The notes under the pieces: model-generated
Told to the model about the DNA's origin: nothing
Databases searched by the model: none
What the model saw: only the letters and a program-made list of their open reading frames with translations
Translations under genes and position numbers: made by a program
Shown here: piece after piece, positions 12,801 to 27,605 of the stretch
How the letters are laid out: each line of letters begins with the position of its first letter
Position numbering within the stretch: position 1 is the first letter of the stretch
DNA from: Macrostomum lignano
Taxonomy: Eukaryota
Reading direction: 5' to 3'
Assembly: GCA_002269645.1 (NCBI GenBank)
Contig: NIVC01002059.1
Span: forward strand, 124,001 to 188,000
Length of the DNA stretch: 64,000 nucleotides

Positions 12801-15800
12801 CCAGCTGTATAGTCCATAGTATAGTCCAACTGTATAGTCCAACTGTATAGTCCAACTGTATAGTCCATAGTATAGTCCAGCTGTATAGTCCATAGTATAG
12901 TCCAACTGTATAGTCCATAGTATAGTCCAGCTGTATAGTCCAACTGTATAGTCCAGCTGTATAGTCCATAGTATAGTCCAACTGTATAGTCCATAGTATA
13001 GTCCAGCTGTATAGTCCATAGTATAGTCCAGCTGTATAGTCCAACTGTATAGTCCAGCTGTATAGTCCATAGTATAGTCCAACTGTATAGTCCATAGTAT
13101 AGTCCAGCTGTATAGTCCATAGTATAGTCCAACTGTATAGTCCATAGTATAGTCCAGCTGTATAGTCCATAGTATAGTCCAACTGTATAGTCCATAGTAT
13201 AGTCCAGCTGTATAGTCCAACTGTATAGTCCAGCTGTATAGTCCATAGTATAGTCCAGCTGTATAGTCCATAGTATAGTCCAACTGTATAGTCCATAGTA
13301 TAGTCCAGCTGTATAGTCCAACTGTATAGTCCAGCTGTATAGTCCATAGTATAGTCCAACTGTATAGTCCATAGTATAGTCCAGCTGTATAGTCCATAGT
13401 ATAGTCCAGCTGTATAGTCCATAGTATAGTCCAGCTGTATAGTCCAACTGTATAGTCCAGCTGTATAGTCCATAGTATAGTCCAGCTGTATAGTCCATAG
13501 TATAGTCCAACTGTATAGTCCAGCTGTATAGTCCAACTGTATAGTCCAACTGTATAGTCCAGCTGTATAGTCCAACTGTATAGTCCAGCTGTATAGTCCA
13601 TAGTATAGTCCAGCTGTATAGTCCATAGTATAGTCCAGCTGTATATTTCAGCTGTATAGTCCAGCTGTATAGTCCATAGTATAGTCCAGCTGTATAGTCC
13701 AACTCCATAAAGAATCGCCCTTCAATCTCATGGAGAATCGCCCTTCAAGGGGAATCGCCTTCAGTCTCATAGAGAATCGCCCTTCAAGGGGAATCGCCTT
13801 CAGTCTCATAGAGAATCGCCCTTTCAGTCTCATAGAGAATCGCACTTCAGTCTCATAGAGAATCGCACTTCAGTCTCATAGAGAATCGCACTTCAGTCTC
13901 ATAGAGAATCGCCCTTCAATCTCATAGAGAATCGCACTTCAGTCTCATAGAGAATCGCCCTTCAGTCTCATAGAAAATCGCCCTTCAATCTCATAGAGAA
14001 TCGCACTTCAGTCTCATAGAGAATCGCACTTCAGTCTCATAGAGAATCGCCCTTCAATCTCATAGAGAATCGCACTTCAGTCTCATAGAGAATCGCACTT
14101 CAGTCTCATAGAGAATCGCACTTCAGTCTCATAGAGAATCGCACTTCAGTCTCATAGAGAATCGCACTTCAGTCTCATAGAGAATCGCACTTCAGTCTCA
14201 TAGAGAATCGCACTTCAGTCTCATAGAGAATCGCCCTTTCAGTCTCATAGAGAATCGCCCTTTCAGTCTCATAGAGAATCGCCCTTCAGTCTCATAGAGA
14301 ATCACCCTTCAATCCCATGGAGAATCGCCCTTCAGTCTCATAGAGAATCGCCCTTCAATCCCATGGAGAATCGCCCTTCAGTCTCATAGAGAATCGCCCT
14401 TCAGTCTCATAGAGAATCGCCCTTCAGTCTCATAGAGAATCGCCCTTCAATCCCATGGAGAATCGCCCTTCAGTCTCATAGAGAATCGCCCTTCAATCCC
14501 ATGGAGAATCGCCCTTCAGTCTCATAGAGAATCGCCCTTCAGTCTCATAGAGAATCGCCCTTCAGTCTCATAGAGAATCGCCCTTCAATCCCATGGAGAA
14601 TCGCCCTTCAGTCTCATAGAGAATCGCCCTTCAGTCTCATAGAGAATCGCACTTCAGTCTCATAGAGAATCGCCCTTCAATCCCATGGAGAATCGCCCTT
14701 CAGTCTCATAGAGAATCGCCCTTCAGTCTCATAGAGAATCGCCCTTCAGTCTCATAGAGAATCGCCCTTCAGTCTCATAGAGAATCGCCCTTCAGTCTCA
14801 TAGAGAATCGCCCTTCAGTCTCATAGAGAATCGCCCTTCAGTCTCATAGAGAATCGCACTTCAGTCTCATAGAGAATCGCCCTTCAGTCTCATAGAGAAT
14901 CGCCCTTCAGTCTCATAGAGAATCGCCCTTCAGTCTCATAGAGAATCGCCCTTTCAGTCTCATAGAGAATCGCCCTTCAATCCCATAGAGAATCGCCCTT
15001 CAGTCTCATAGAGAATCGCCCTTCAATCCCATGGAGAATCGCCCTTCAGTCTCATAGAGAATCGCCCTTCAGTCTCATAGAGAATCGCCCTTCAGTCTCA
15101 TAGAGAATCGCCCTTCAGTCTCATAGAGAATCGCCCTTCAGTCTCATAGAGAATCGCCCTTCAGTCTCATAGAGAATCGCCCTTCAGTCTCATAGAGAAT
15201 CGCCCTTCAGTCTCATAGAGAATCGCTTTTCAGTCTCATAGAGAAACGCCCTTCAATCCCATAGAGAATCGCCCTTCAATCCTACAAAATTGAAGATCCT
15301 TAAATTTTCATGCCAGCTCATTTTACAGGCGTGTACTGGGCGTGTCGCATTTTGCAATTCTGTATGCTACCCGACACGCCCGTCTGTGATTTCGTAAAAC
15401 GAGAATTTTCGCAAAAGTCTTAATTACTTGTGCAGCTTATGGTTGAGGTTAATCAAACCATCTCTTTTCCATTCCGAATCCACATTCGCAGGTTGAGATT
15501 GTCCGCGAGCTCGACGGTCACGTGTTGAAATGCGTGAAAGATCAGAACGGCAATCACGTTGTGCAGAAATGCATCGAGTGCGTGGACCCTGCTCATCTAG
15601 ACTTTATTATTGAGGCGTTCAAAGATCAGGTGGGCCTTCTACTACTCTTGCTTACTTGCTGTTTTTTATTAGTACTACAGAATTCTACGAAATACCACTA
15701 CTAGCACTGCTACTAGTGCTTTTTTATTAGAGGCAGGGGCCTGTGTGCACCCTGGCGCACTTTAAGCGATATTGTCACAACCGGTGAGAGGCATTGCTGC

Positions 15801-17982
15801 CCATTCCGCCGACTCCCCTGAGCAGGCACACACAAGCGCGCGGATACGTACGCAGTCACACGCACAGGCACACACTCACACAGGAGTGTACAGCGGCCCC
15901 AACTTTATTTATCGTTAGGCATGTACACTTCACTGTGTCGTGGGGGTTGGCCCTCAAGGCGTTAATTGCACAAGCAGAGCCAAGCCGAGATTCCAATTTA
16001 GCCTCAAATTACTGTGACTGCACTCGGAATCGAGCCTGGGCCACTGGCACATCAGAGCGCCGTGCTGGACCACTGGGCTACGGCTACCTACTACTTGCTG
16101 CTATTACTACTCCTACTATTAATACTACTACTATTAATACTACTACCACTACTACTACTACTACACCAACTTGACCTTCAGGTCTTTTCGCTGTCCACCC
16201 ATCCGTACGGCTGCCGGGTCATTCAGCGCATTCTTGAGCACTGCACAGCTACTCAAACGCAGCCAATCTTAGACGAGCTGCATCAATATACTGAGAGGCT
16301 GGTTCAGGATCAATACGGCAACTATGTGGTCCAGGTAGGTTCTTAATGTATTGTTACTAGAGATATGACATCTACATATGAACTATTCTCCACCCAAAAC
16401 TTGCTCTCACTGCATTAATGTGCTTCTTAAATTTATTTTTTGTTAAAATTCCCTAATAAACAATTGGATTCGTATCTGGGACTGGGAATGTAGGCGTGAA
16501 TTTCTACTTTAATCTACTATACGAAAATCTCTTCTTATACACTAGTATTCTACCCTAATGTGCACCGATATTTCTACCCTAATGTACACCGATTTCCTAC
16601 CCCAATGTACACCAATCTTCCTACCCCAATGTACACCGATTTCCTACCCCAATGTACACCAATCTTCCTACCCCAATGTACACCGATTTCCTACCCCAAT
16701 GTACACCAATCTTCTTACCCCAATGTACACCGATTTCTTACCCCAATGTACACCAATCTTCCTACCCCAATGTACACCGATTTCCTACCCCAATGTACAC
16801 CAATCTTCTTACCCCAATGTACACCGATTTCCTACCCCAATGTACACCAATCTTCCTACCCCAATGTACACCGATTTCCTACCCCAATGTACACCAATCT
16901 TCTTACCCCAATGTACATCGATTTCCTACCGCAATGTACATTAATCTTCCTACCCCAATGTACACCAATCTTCCTACCCGAACGTACACCAATCTTCCTA
17001 CCCTAATGTACACCGATTTCCTGCCCCAATGTACACCAATCTTCCCACCCCAATGTACACCAATCTTCCTACCCAACGTACACCAATCTTCCTACCCCAA
17101 TGTACACCAATCTTCCTATCCCAATGTTCACCGATTTCCTACCCCAATGTACACCTATCATCCTACCCCAATGTACACCGATTTCCTACCCCAATGTACA
17201 CCGATTTCCCACCCCAATGTACACCGATTTCCCACCCCAATGTACACCAATCTTCCCACCCCAATGTACACCAATCTTCCTACCCAACGTACACCAATCT
17301 TCCTACCCCAATGTACACCAATCTTCCTATCCCAATGTTCACCGATTTCCTACCCCAATGTACACCTATCATCCTACCCCAATGTACACCGATTTCCTAC
17401 CCCAATGTACACCGATTTCCCACCCCAATGTACACCAACATTCAAACGTACACACTAGTCCATGTACACTAGACAGCCAATGTACACCAACCAACCAACT
17501 TTGACCAGCACGTCCTGGAGCACGGCCGCCCTGACGACAAAGCCCGCATGATCGCTGTACTCCGCGGCAAGCTCATGTCCCTATCTACGCACAAGTTCGC
17601 CAGCAACGTCATCGAGAAGGTAGTTACCCACGCCAGCCGGCAGGAGCGCCAGGCCCTGGTGGCGGAGATCCTAGACGACCCGGATCCGCAGGCGCTGTAC
17701 AATATGATGAAGGACCAATTCGCCAATTACGTTGTCCAACGCATTCTGGACTCGGCTGATGCCCAGCAGCGCAAGGCTATCATGCTGCGGATCCGGCCGC
17801 ACATGGCCTCGCTGAGGAAGTACACCTACGGCAAGCACATCATTGGCAAGATTGAGAAGTACTTTATGAAGGCCGGCGGAGATCTGATGCAGCACCAGTC
17901 GGGCTCGCCGTCGGCTTCCTCTGCCCCGTCATCGCCTGGCGAGGCGGCCGACGCTCGCAGCAGCAACGGTCAGAACAATTGA
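6861..17982 (+). CDS. pum: Pumilio (PUF) RNA-binding protein, 5 exons: 6861..7396 (1-nt frameshift near 6973-6975), 10805..11836, 15492..15629, 16182..16334, 17509..17982
   Basis: Eight PUF repeats (SRFIQ, NYVIQ, CRVIQ, NHVVQ, CRVIQ, NYVVQ, SNVIE, NYVVQ) ending in YTYGKHII. All four introns are GT..AG, phase 0, and keep frame. The conserved N-terminal RSQDDAxVxYxFQR motif is read from ATG 6861. Confidence 0.95.
7415..10750 (+). repeat. Minisatellite, ~27-bp unit CCCACTCAGCAATCATCTCTCATCTAT (longer CACAC-containing variant at the 3' end), filling Pumilio intron 1
   Basis: Direct tandem repeats read from the sequence. Confidence 0.97.
11850..13705 (+). repeat. Minisatellite of 12-13-bp units (CTGTATAGTCCAR / TAGTATAGTCCA), Pumilio intron 2
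   Basis: Tandem repeats starting about 13 bp after the splice donor. Confidence 0.97.
13711..15281 (+). repeat. Minisatellite, 23-bp unit GAGAATCGCCCTTCAGTCTCATA, Pumilio intron 2
   Basis: Tandem repeats directly abutting the previous array. Confidence 0.97.
15724..16087 (-). mobile_element. tRNA-derived SINE-like element in Pumilio intron 3
   Basis: The minus strand begins with a tRNA-like head: A box TAGCCCAGTGG (16080-16070) and B box GGCTCGATTCC (16036-16026). It ends in AATAAAAAA followed by TAG-type repeats. Confidence 0.5.
16085..16165 (+). repeat. (CTA)n microsatellite
   Basis: Imperfect trinucleotide repeat. Confidence 0.85.
16553..17489 (+). repeat. Minisatellite, ~22-23-bp unit CCCCAATGTACACCGATTTCCTA / CCCCAATGTACACCAATCTTCCTA, Pumilio intron 4
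   Basis: Tandem repeats ending about 20 bp before the splice acceptor. Confidence 0.95.
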
Positions 17983-20964
17983 CTCATTGATTTTTAGTAG
18001 ACTAAGGGTTTCTTTCGTCTTCCTGTCCGATCAGACTGACTGAGTCTGGGGATTCTAGTATGTTTCAATTTCTTTTTTGTTTCCTCGATGCTGCTTTCAA
18101 TAATAATGGGCTTTACACTGGATTTGAGCACTGGGGCAGAAATTGCTGTAAAAGAGTGAGAGACAGCATCTGTCCCTGGCTTCTTATATGACCTTCATTT
18201 GTCTGTGAACAAAGCTTATTTCCGAAACTTAAAGTCGGTTAAATTGGGAAGTGTTTTTTGGACTCATTGTTAAACTGTGCTCGATACTTTTTTGTGTTTA
18301 TTGTTTGTTTTATTGCGTTTAGGGCAAAAAATGCTAATTTGCGTGTAAGCTACTTTCAGTAGAAAACTAAATTTTTCTAAACGTATTTTAGCATAAGACT
18401 CTTATCGCCTTTAGAGCCTAATGCTGGTGTAATGTACATTCTCAGCGGAGCTGTGGCCAATGTACATTAACGGCTGAATAAATAGCAAGCTATTTAATTA
18501 CGTCTGCAAGTCGCTCAAACTTACGCATTCTTCCTTGCTACTCAAAGTAGTGAAATTGTTGAAGCATGTTCTCTAGAATGGGAAGCATGGAATTTATTAA
18601 TTGATTATTCTAAAAATTTATTTATATATTTTACCTGGTTCTGGTCTTAATCTTATGTTACAATTTTGCGCATATTTTAATTTTTTGGCTCTATCTATTG
18701 TATCCATTGATGGTTTTGCCGGCTAGTGGTTGAGGACAATGTCCCGCTAAATTTTTGTCGATGCTTTTGAAACTAGAATTAATTAACTAAATTGGCTCTT
18801 ATGCCTTTTTTGATCATATATAAACAGTCTTTTTGTTTTTTTCACTTTCTCTTATTTCTCTTGATTTTTGCCATTTCCTTGAGTGAAAACTGTGCTGTGT
18901 ACTCTTATATTTCTGTACGGTCATCTGCCCTCTCGGCTCGCTCATTACTAACATTACTGTCAACTGTTAGACTGGCTGATTTAGCTGCAAAATAAATAAT
19001 AAATTTTTCATTTATATATATTTTATAATTATAGTATGCATCCCTATTTGATTTGTTAGTTTGCTGTATTATTTTGCTTTACCCTTTTTTGCACCTGATC
19101 GCCTTAGTGTATATTTTTATGCGTTTCTAACTATCCTGTCAGTGATGATCGATGAAACATAAATATTTGGTTTTTAATAAATATTTTTCTCTTTGATTTA
19201 GAATCACCTTGAATAAAAAGTGCTTCACTACCCTGCTACACTACTGCATATTTAGTAGCCAGTTCGGCTTTCATAACACAGCCAATAGACAATGGAGTCC
19301 ATCTTTCACTATTAGAGATTTTGTGTGCGTTAACCCTATGGTATCCAAGATTAACTATTTCAGCACGCCTTGTATTTCATACTGTACTCTTTTCTTTGCC
19401 AGCTATATATGTAAATCATCTTGTCTCCGTTAATTTATGTCTCTCTATTCTGGCGACACTTTTTTAAAAAGCTAACAAAACATTTAATTTAATGCTTGTT
19501 ATTTATATCATTAAAGCTGCTTTGTAACTATTGTAAGTAGTATAAATTGCATGTTTATCTATTGCCTGTGTACAGAGAGAGTTAAAGCCCCCCACGGAGT
19601 CATCCTGTGTAATTTTATTCAATTTATAGCCAGCAATTGTCAAGGTAAGTTTAGTTCGAGGCACAGATACATAAATAACTAGATGGGCCACTCAGGCATA
19701 TATACTTAGTAAATCAGCTTTCTACTTTCAGTTCAGTAGCAAAGAAGAATATATAAGCTATTTTATAAAAATAAAGCCAGCTGAAACGACTTTGATAATT
19801 TTAGAAGCCCAAAGCTTGCAGGCGTAAACAGCTTGCTAATTGGTTCAGCAATAATGTACATTGGCCAGTCCACTGAAATGTACATGGCAGCTACATGGGC
19901 GTGGAGGGTAGTGTGGAAAGGCGCGGTTGGAGGGTTTAAGTTGGGATACTCGTAAGAGCCAATAAATAAGCCTTGGCTTTAAAAATACATTAAAATACTT
20001 CTGTTTAACTTACTACTGAACTGAAAGTAGCTTACATGCAAATGTGCTGAGTTGCCCATCTGGTTATTCTAGCATCTGTGAACGTTCGAGGTAATAATGT
20101 TTAATGAAGAATGGACTGTACATTATAGCCGTTTCATATTGTTATTATAGGCTTTAATGCGTATATCTGTGTAACTTGTGTCTCGTGTTAATTGAGCCTT
20201 ACTAATGTCACCGACTTGTTTTGGGTAATATTTATAAATTGCTATATATGCACATATATACATATATTATAATAAGCTACCATTGTTAATAAATTTCCTT
20301 TCAAAGCCTTTGCCAGATCGCGGAACCGGTCTAATTGTGTATAATTGAAATCGGCCCCCACTAGTAACCCCTCTTATTGAATATATTCTGCGTTTTTAAG
20401 TCAGTTTCTAATGATTTTTAGCGCTAAGTATGTCTGTCAGTTTTTTGGTGCCGAGTTGTCATCAGTTTTCTAATGTATAATTAAAATAATAAAGCGCTTA
20501 ACCTTTAACACCTGTATGTCTGATTGGTGCGCTTGTGGACCTGGGGTAGTCTACTGCTCCAGACAGAAATATTGCTGTATATGCCTGTTTACACCTGTGT
20601 GATTATACAGCAACGCTGTGGACTGATCCTGATTGAAGCCCGCCTCATGGCCGGGACTGAAAGATCATTTATTGATTCTGTTTGGTTGTTATTTGTGGAA
20701 GAAAAAATACTTGTGATTTCTTGTTTTTTGGTCTTGCTTTTTTCTACAATTCAAATCTTTTTTTAGTTTAAAAGCAGAACTGCCTACTCAAAGTAGCGAA
20801 AGCTGTATAAGTTAACTACTTCAGATCTAACTGATTTGATTAGTAATGAATCGCCGTATTTGTTCATTAGCATGGACTTGAGTTCCTGTACGAGCAATCG
20901 ACGTTGATATATAATTCCAGCACTTGTACATAATTCTTGGCATGTAGCAGTTGATGTTTCAGGA

Positions 20965-21850
20965 ACACCAATTGATGATCCCAAGAATAACTGATGATTC
21001 TAGGAACACCGATTAATGATTCCAAGAATAACTGATGATTCTAGGAACACCGATTGATGATTCCAAGAATAACTGATGATTCTAGGAACACCGATTGATG
21101 ATTCCAAGAATAACTGATGATTCTAGGAACACCGATTAATGATTCCAAGAATAACTGATGATTCTAGGAACACCGATTGATGATTCCAAGAATAACTGAT
21201 GATTCTAGGAACACCGATTGATGATTCCAAGAATAACTGATGATTTTAGGAACACCAATTAATGATTCCAAGAATAATTGATGATTCCAAGAATAACTGA
21301 TGATTCCAAGAATAACTGATGACTCCAGGAACACTGATTAATGATTCCAAGAATAACTGATGATTCTAGGAACACCGATTAATGATTCCAAGAATAATTG
21401 ATGATTCCAAGAATAACTGATGATTCCAGGAACACTGATTGATGATTCCAAGAATAACTGATGATTCCAAGAATAACTGATTGATGACTCCAGGAACACA
21501 GCTTGATGACTCCAGGAACACAGCTTGATGACTCCAGGAACACAGCTTGATGACTCCAGGAACACAGCTTGATGACTCCAGGAACACAGCTTGATGACTC
21601 CAGGAACACAGCTTGATGACTCCAGGAACACAGCTTGATGACTCCAGGAACACAGCTTGATGACTCCAGGAACACAGCTTGATGACTCCAGGAACACAGC
21701 TTGATGACTCCAGGAACACAGCTTGATGACTCCAGGAACACAGCTTGATGACTCCAGGAACACAGCTTGATGACTCCAGGAACACAGCTTGATGACTCCA
21801 GGAACACTGATTGTTGATTCCAAGAATAACTGATGATTCCAGGAACACTG
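20965..21850 (+). repeat. Compound minisatellite: alternating GATGATTCTAGGAACACCGATT / GATGATTCCAAGAATAACT units, plus a homogeneous 22-bp TGATGACTCCAGGAACACAGCT block (~21483-21800)
   Basis: Tandem repeats read from the sequence. Confidence 0.93.
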
Positions 21851-22354
21851 ATTGCTACATGATAACTTCCAGAAAGCTATTCATGACAAAATGTTTTCAG
21901 GAAATATTAATGTATCTTAATCTTCCATGCATGCAGAACAATTCCCATGGAAGCAGAATTACTTATTAGCCTCTGCTAAATCAAAGTAAACAACACTGAT
22001 AAACAGTTAAAATGTTGCAATCTCGAAGCACTTTTCCTTAACTTCTGCAGATATGTTTTGTAACGTCTTCACCACTGCAGCCATGCATCCAATGATTTTA
22101 CCATGCATTATCTTGGCTAAGCAGAGCCATGCAATTCATGCAGGAGGACCTCGGAACCTGCTTCTTGTCACTCCCATCAACTCTCTTGCTGTTATCAAAT
22201 GCCTGGCAAGTGGCAGCCAGATCTGCTGCTCCTGGAAGATTTTGCTACTTCTCTCTCTCTCGACTTCTGACTTTGCTTACACAGATACTTCCAATCTGGA
22301 TGAAAACTTTGCTCTGGCGATTATTCGGACTCATAAAATCTAATTCACATGAAT

Positions 22355-22797
22355 TATGAGGCGCCACAATTATTGATAATTAGATCTGCTTTAGATAATT
22401 GATGAGGCGCCACAATTATTGATAATTAGATCTGCTTTAGATAATTGATGAGGCGCCACAATTATTGATAATTAGATCTGCTTTAGGTAATTGATGAGGC
22501 GCCACAATTATTGATAATTAGATCTGCTTTAGGTAATTGATGAGGCGCCACAATTATTGATAATTAGATCTGCTTTAGGTAATTGATGAGGCGCCACAAC
22601 TATTGATAATTGAAACTGCTTTAGATAATTGATGAGGCGCCACAACTATTGATAACTGAAACTGCTTTAGATAATTGATGAGGCGCCACAACTATTGATA
22701 ATTAGATCTGCTTTAGGTAATTGATGAGGCGCCACAATTATTGATAATTGAAACTGCTTTAGATAATTGATGAGGCGCCACAATTATTGATAATTGA
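22355..22797 (+). repeat. Minisatellite, 46-bp unit GATGAGGCGCCACAATTATTGATAATTAGATCTGCTTTAGRTAATT, about 9-10 copies
   Basis: Unit starts at 22401, 22447 and so on, with no unique spacers. Confidence 0.93.
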
Positions 22798-24077
22798 AAA
22801 ACATTTTCAAAGACATTTTGAGACTACGAGGCAATAAACGCACAAAGAGCCGCGCTGGAAAAGCTGTGAGACCCACATGTGATGCATAAAATCAAAGCAA
22901 CAAGATACTCTCTGTCTCAGCCCCGACCTGTCAAAACACTTTGACAGGCGCGCCTCATCAAGCAGTCTCAACAATGGCCGGCCCGCACCCACCCCACCCT
23001 CCCCCACTCCCACGAGTTCGCCTGTCGGCAAAGCTAAAAAGGACTGACGAAAAACTCTTTGGCTCCGTCTGCACGGGCGGAGGCGCGGCGCCACGGGTGG
23101 TCCGCTGAGTTCCCCCCCCCCTGGCCGGCCCTTCTAACGAAGACGATGACCGGCTGAATCCCGATAACCCCCGGGGAGAGGCGACCAGGAAGAAAAAAGC
23201 AGGCAAAAAACCACTTGAGTTTGTGGCTCGGTCTCCTCCCGCGCCACGGAGTTCGAATATTTGCCATTGGAATGGAAATCTCTGCCATCTGACAGAATCC
23301 TATGAGCGAGATCAATCTACCTAGCTTGAGGTCACGGTCAGTGGGGGGAGGTCGGGTGACGTCTCCCCCCGAGAAATTTGTAAAAGGAAGTCATGAGCCT
23401 TTAGGAAATGGGAAAACCATCTATGATGGGGCGCATTTCGGTAGTTTCATACTTCAATTTTATAGGTACAGTGTATTTCGGATCCAGGGGTCAAGAGGGA
23501 CAGCTGACCCCACCCAACCCCATCCGAGAAGCTCGGCTGAGGCATGAAATCCTAGATAATGTAATCCAGACATCTATTATCGAGATTTCTGTGTCCGCAC
23601 ACCATATTTAGAACAGTGCACGGACTCTTACCTACTCGAAAGTTCGCAGTCTTTGTTGTTGACTATCACTGCTCATTGGTTCTCATTTTGATTCAACTTG
23701 CCCAGAACCACCGCATCGAATAGCTAACTAAATGGTTCTCCATCTGAGGAGGCCTTTTTTAACCGTCTTTCGTTGCCCCCCTCTCCGCATTGGCACCGCA
23801 AGGGGATGGTTCCGATCCGAATTCCAATTAAAGCTTAGCAGTGCTTTTTTATACCGCCTTCTTTGCTTGCTGCATCCAAAACGCGGCCTCATTGTCTCAC
23901 TTTGTCTGTCTGACAGGCTGGCTGCCTGCGCTGACTGGCTGAGAAGTTGCCGCGCAGACAGTCGGCAACTGGAGAGGAGACAGGTGGCTGCCTGCCCACC
24001 ACATAGGTGGGCTTCGGGTGGCCCAGGATGATGCTCTCAAGTGGCTCTGGGATGCTGCAGCTATCGATAAAAAATAA

Positions 24078-25276
<1,199 letters not shown>

Positions 25277-25812
25277 TTCCCAAAGCCGCCATTGACCCCC
25301 TCCGCGCTCAGCAGAAAACTGGACTATTTCCATTTTCTGAGACCGCAGCGATGAGAACAGGATTTGACAGTTCTGATAGCCCTCGCAAATAGATAATGCT
25401 AATTATGCCATTCAGCCAGTCAGCCAGCGGCTGAATTGGCACTTTTCTGGCTAACTAAGTTGCTCACAATAGGCAGAACAATGGGCAATTCACTGATGGA
25501 GCAGGCTGGCCCAATGGCATTGTGTCCCGAGTCGGTGATTAATTCACACCAACGATAGCTTAATTAAACTGATTGAGAGCTGAGCTATTCTCATCGTGAG
25601 CAGGTATCATTATTTATTAAGAGTATATTATAATTGACAGGTAAAATTTGAGTAACTATGTGAGTACATCTGGTCAGGCGCAGCATTAAATTAAGCAAAT
25701 TTTGCACAGGAAACATAAAAAGCTCGAAAAAAGGCAGCAGAACAGACGCAAGAAATCAAGCAAAAGTGTTGCCACATGATGCAGACTCTATGGATATTAT
25801 AAGTTAGAGTTT

Positions 25813-26706
25813 TCAAAATCCAGTTGCGACAGTCAGCTCAGCTGTGCAGTCGGCATAGTGCGGGTAGCCGTAGGAGCAGCAGTAGTTGCCATAGAAGTCT
25901 GCGGCTGGGGCAACCTGCGGCTGGCAGGCTCCGCAGCAGCAGCCGCCGTACACCAACTGCTGCTGCTGCTGCTGCTGCTGCTGGTACCCCGGCTGCAGCC
26001 ACGAGGAACTCTGAGGCGACTCCATATTTTCCATCAACGGCGCGTTGGTTGGTGTCCGAGTTTGTCCGAATGTGTCCGGAACTAGAGTCTGAGGCTGTCC
26101 GGCCGATGTCGCGGTAAATTCGGCAGCAGCATCGCCATGGAATAGATCGAAGCTGTCCGACTTGTTTTCGACGTGTCCGAACATGTCCGAAAATTGTCCG
26201 GATTCGTTCGAATTCGGCTGGAAGCTCGGCAGCGAGGTCCGAGGAGCCGTTGACTGTCGGAATATGTCCGAATGCTTCTCCTCGGAGTGTCCGGACGCAG
26301 TCGACAGGGTCTCGAAAATTTCTGACGGCTTTGCCGGCGTGTCCGAACGATCCTTGGCCTTGTGGGGGTCGCGGAAGCGCCGCTGCCGCCGCAGGTAACA
26401 GCCGTTCTCGAACATGTTCCCGCTGTCCGGATGCAGCGTCCAATAAGCGCCTTTGCCACCTCCGCCTCCTTCGGCGGCCGGCGAGCGGCCAACCCGGACG
26501 AAGCAGTCGTTGAATGACAGCGAATGACGGATGGAGTTCTGCCAGCGCCGCCGCCCAGCCTCCTGTCGATAATAGGGGAAATTGCCGGACACGAACTGGT
26601 AGATTTCGGCCAGAGTGACCATTCTGCCTGGCGACCGTTCGATGGCCATGCAGATCAGGCTGATGTAGCTGTAGGGAGGCTTGGCCGGTGCTGCAGACAA
26701 TGACAT
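25813..26706 (-). CDS. foxA: Forkhead transcription factor, FoxA-type domain, intronless
   Basis: [25 protein letters not shown] and [28 protein letters not shown] are FoxA-class signatures. Q-rich C-terminus. Confidence 0.88.
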   Translation of the reverse strand: MSLSAAPAKPPYSYISLICMAIERSPGRMVTLAEIYQFVSGNFPYYRQEAGRRRWQNSIRHSLSFNDCFVRVGRSPAAEGGGGGKGAYWTLHPDSGNMFENGCYLRRQRRFRDPHKAKDRSDTPAKPSEIFETLSTASGHSEEKHSDIFRQSTAPRTSLPSFQPNSNESGQFSDMFGHVENKSDSFDLFHGDAAAEFTATSAGQPQTLVPDTFGQTRTPTNAPLMENMESPQSSSWLQPGYQQQQQQQQQLVYGGCCCGACQPQVAPAADFYGNYCCSYGYPHYADCTAELTVATGF

Positions 26707-26790
26707 GCTGAGCTTTGGTTAAAACTAGAATGTAATGACAGTCAATAAGTATCCGAGAAGCTTTGACAGCTGTGCTTTTGAGCGGCTTTC

Positions 26791-26878
26791 TATTTATAGT
26801 GGCCCCCGACAGCTGCATGGCACCGGGACCTACCTCAGGCTGACTCTCCCTAGAGAACGCTAACTCGCTTCTCATTGG
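26791..26878 (-). promoter_or_regulatory. Putative core promoter of the forkhead gene: TATA box (26798-26791) and CCAAT box (26878-26874)
   Basis: TATAAATA on the minus strand ~85 bp upstream of the ATG, with CCAAT ~80 bp further upstream. Confidence 0.5.
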
Positions 26879-26975
26879 CTGGCCGCATTGGATGAGGCCG
26901 AGATCTTGGACTGTTAGAGTCTGGGCTGCTTGAACCCTCCCAAGTATCTTTACACATGAAAAGGCCTCTCTCTCA

Positions 26976-27605
26976 CTTACAGGCCTCAGTTACAGGCCTC
27001 AGTTACAGTCCTCAGTTACAGGCCTCAGTTACAGGCCTCAGTTACAGGCCTCAGTGTTATAGGCCTCAGTTACAGGCCTCAGTGTTACAGGCCTCAGTTA
27101 CAGTCCTCAGTGTTACAGGCCTCAGTTACAGTCCTCAGTGTTACAGGCCTCAGTGTTACAGGCCTCAGTTACAGACCTCAATTACAGGCCTTAGTTACAG
27201 ACCTCAGTTACAGGCCTTAGTTACAGGCCTCAGTGTTATAGGCCTCAGTTACAGGCCTCAGTGTTACAGGCCTCAGTTACAGTCCTCAGTGTTACAGGCC
27301 TCAGTGTTACAGGCCTCAGTTACAGACCTCAATTACAGGCCTTAGTTACAGACCTCAGTTACAGGCCTTAGTTACAGGCCTCAGTGTTATAGGCCTCAGT
27401 TACAGGCCTCAGTGTTACAGGCCTCAGTTACAGTCCTCAGTGTTACAGGCCTCAGTGTTACAGGCCTCAGTGTTACAGGCCTCAGTGTTACAGGCCTCAG
27501 TTACAGACCTCAATTACAGTCCTCAGTGTTACAGGCCTCAGTTACAGTCCTCAGTGTTACAGGCCTCAGTGTTACAGGCCTCAGTTACAGGCCTCAATTA
27601 CAGGC
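26976..27605 (+). repeat. Minisatellite, 13/15-bp units CAGGCCTCAGTTA / CAGGCCTCAGTGTTA
   Basis: Tandem repeats. Confidence 0.95.

Noticed and set aside
11683-13845. Long WTIQLDYT-type ORFs in several frames
   Set aside because: Antisense translations of an intronic minisatellite
20965-22797. CRISPR-like or pentapeptide-like arrays
   Set aside because: Head-to-tail repeats with no unique spacers and no cas genes; eukaryotic context
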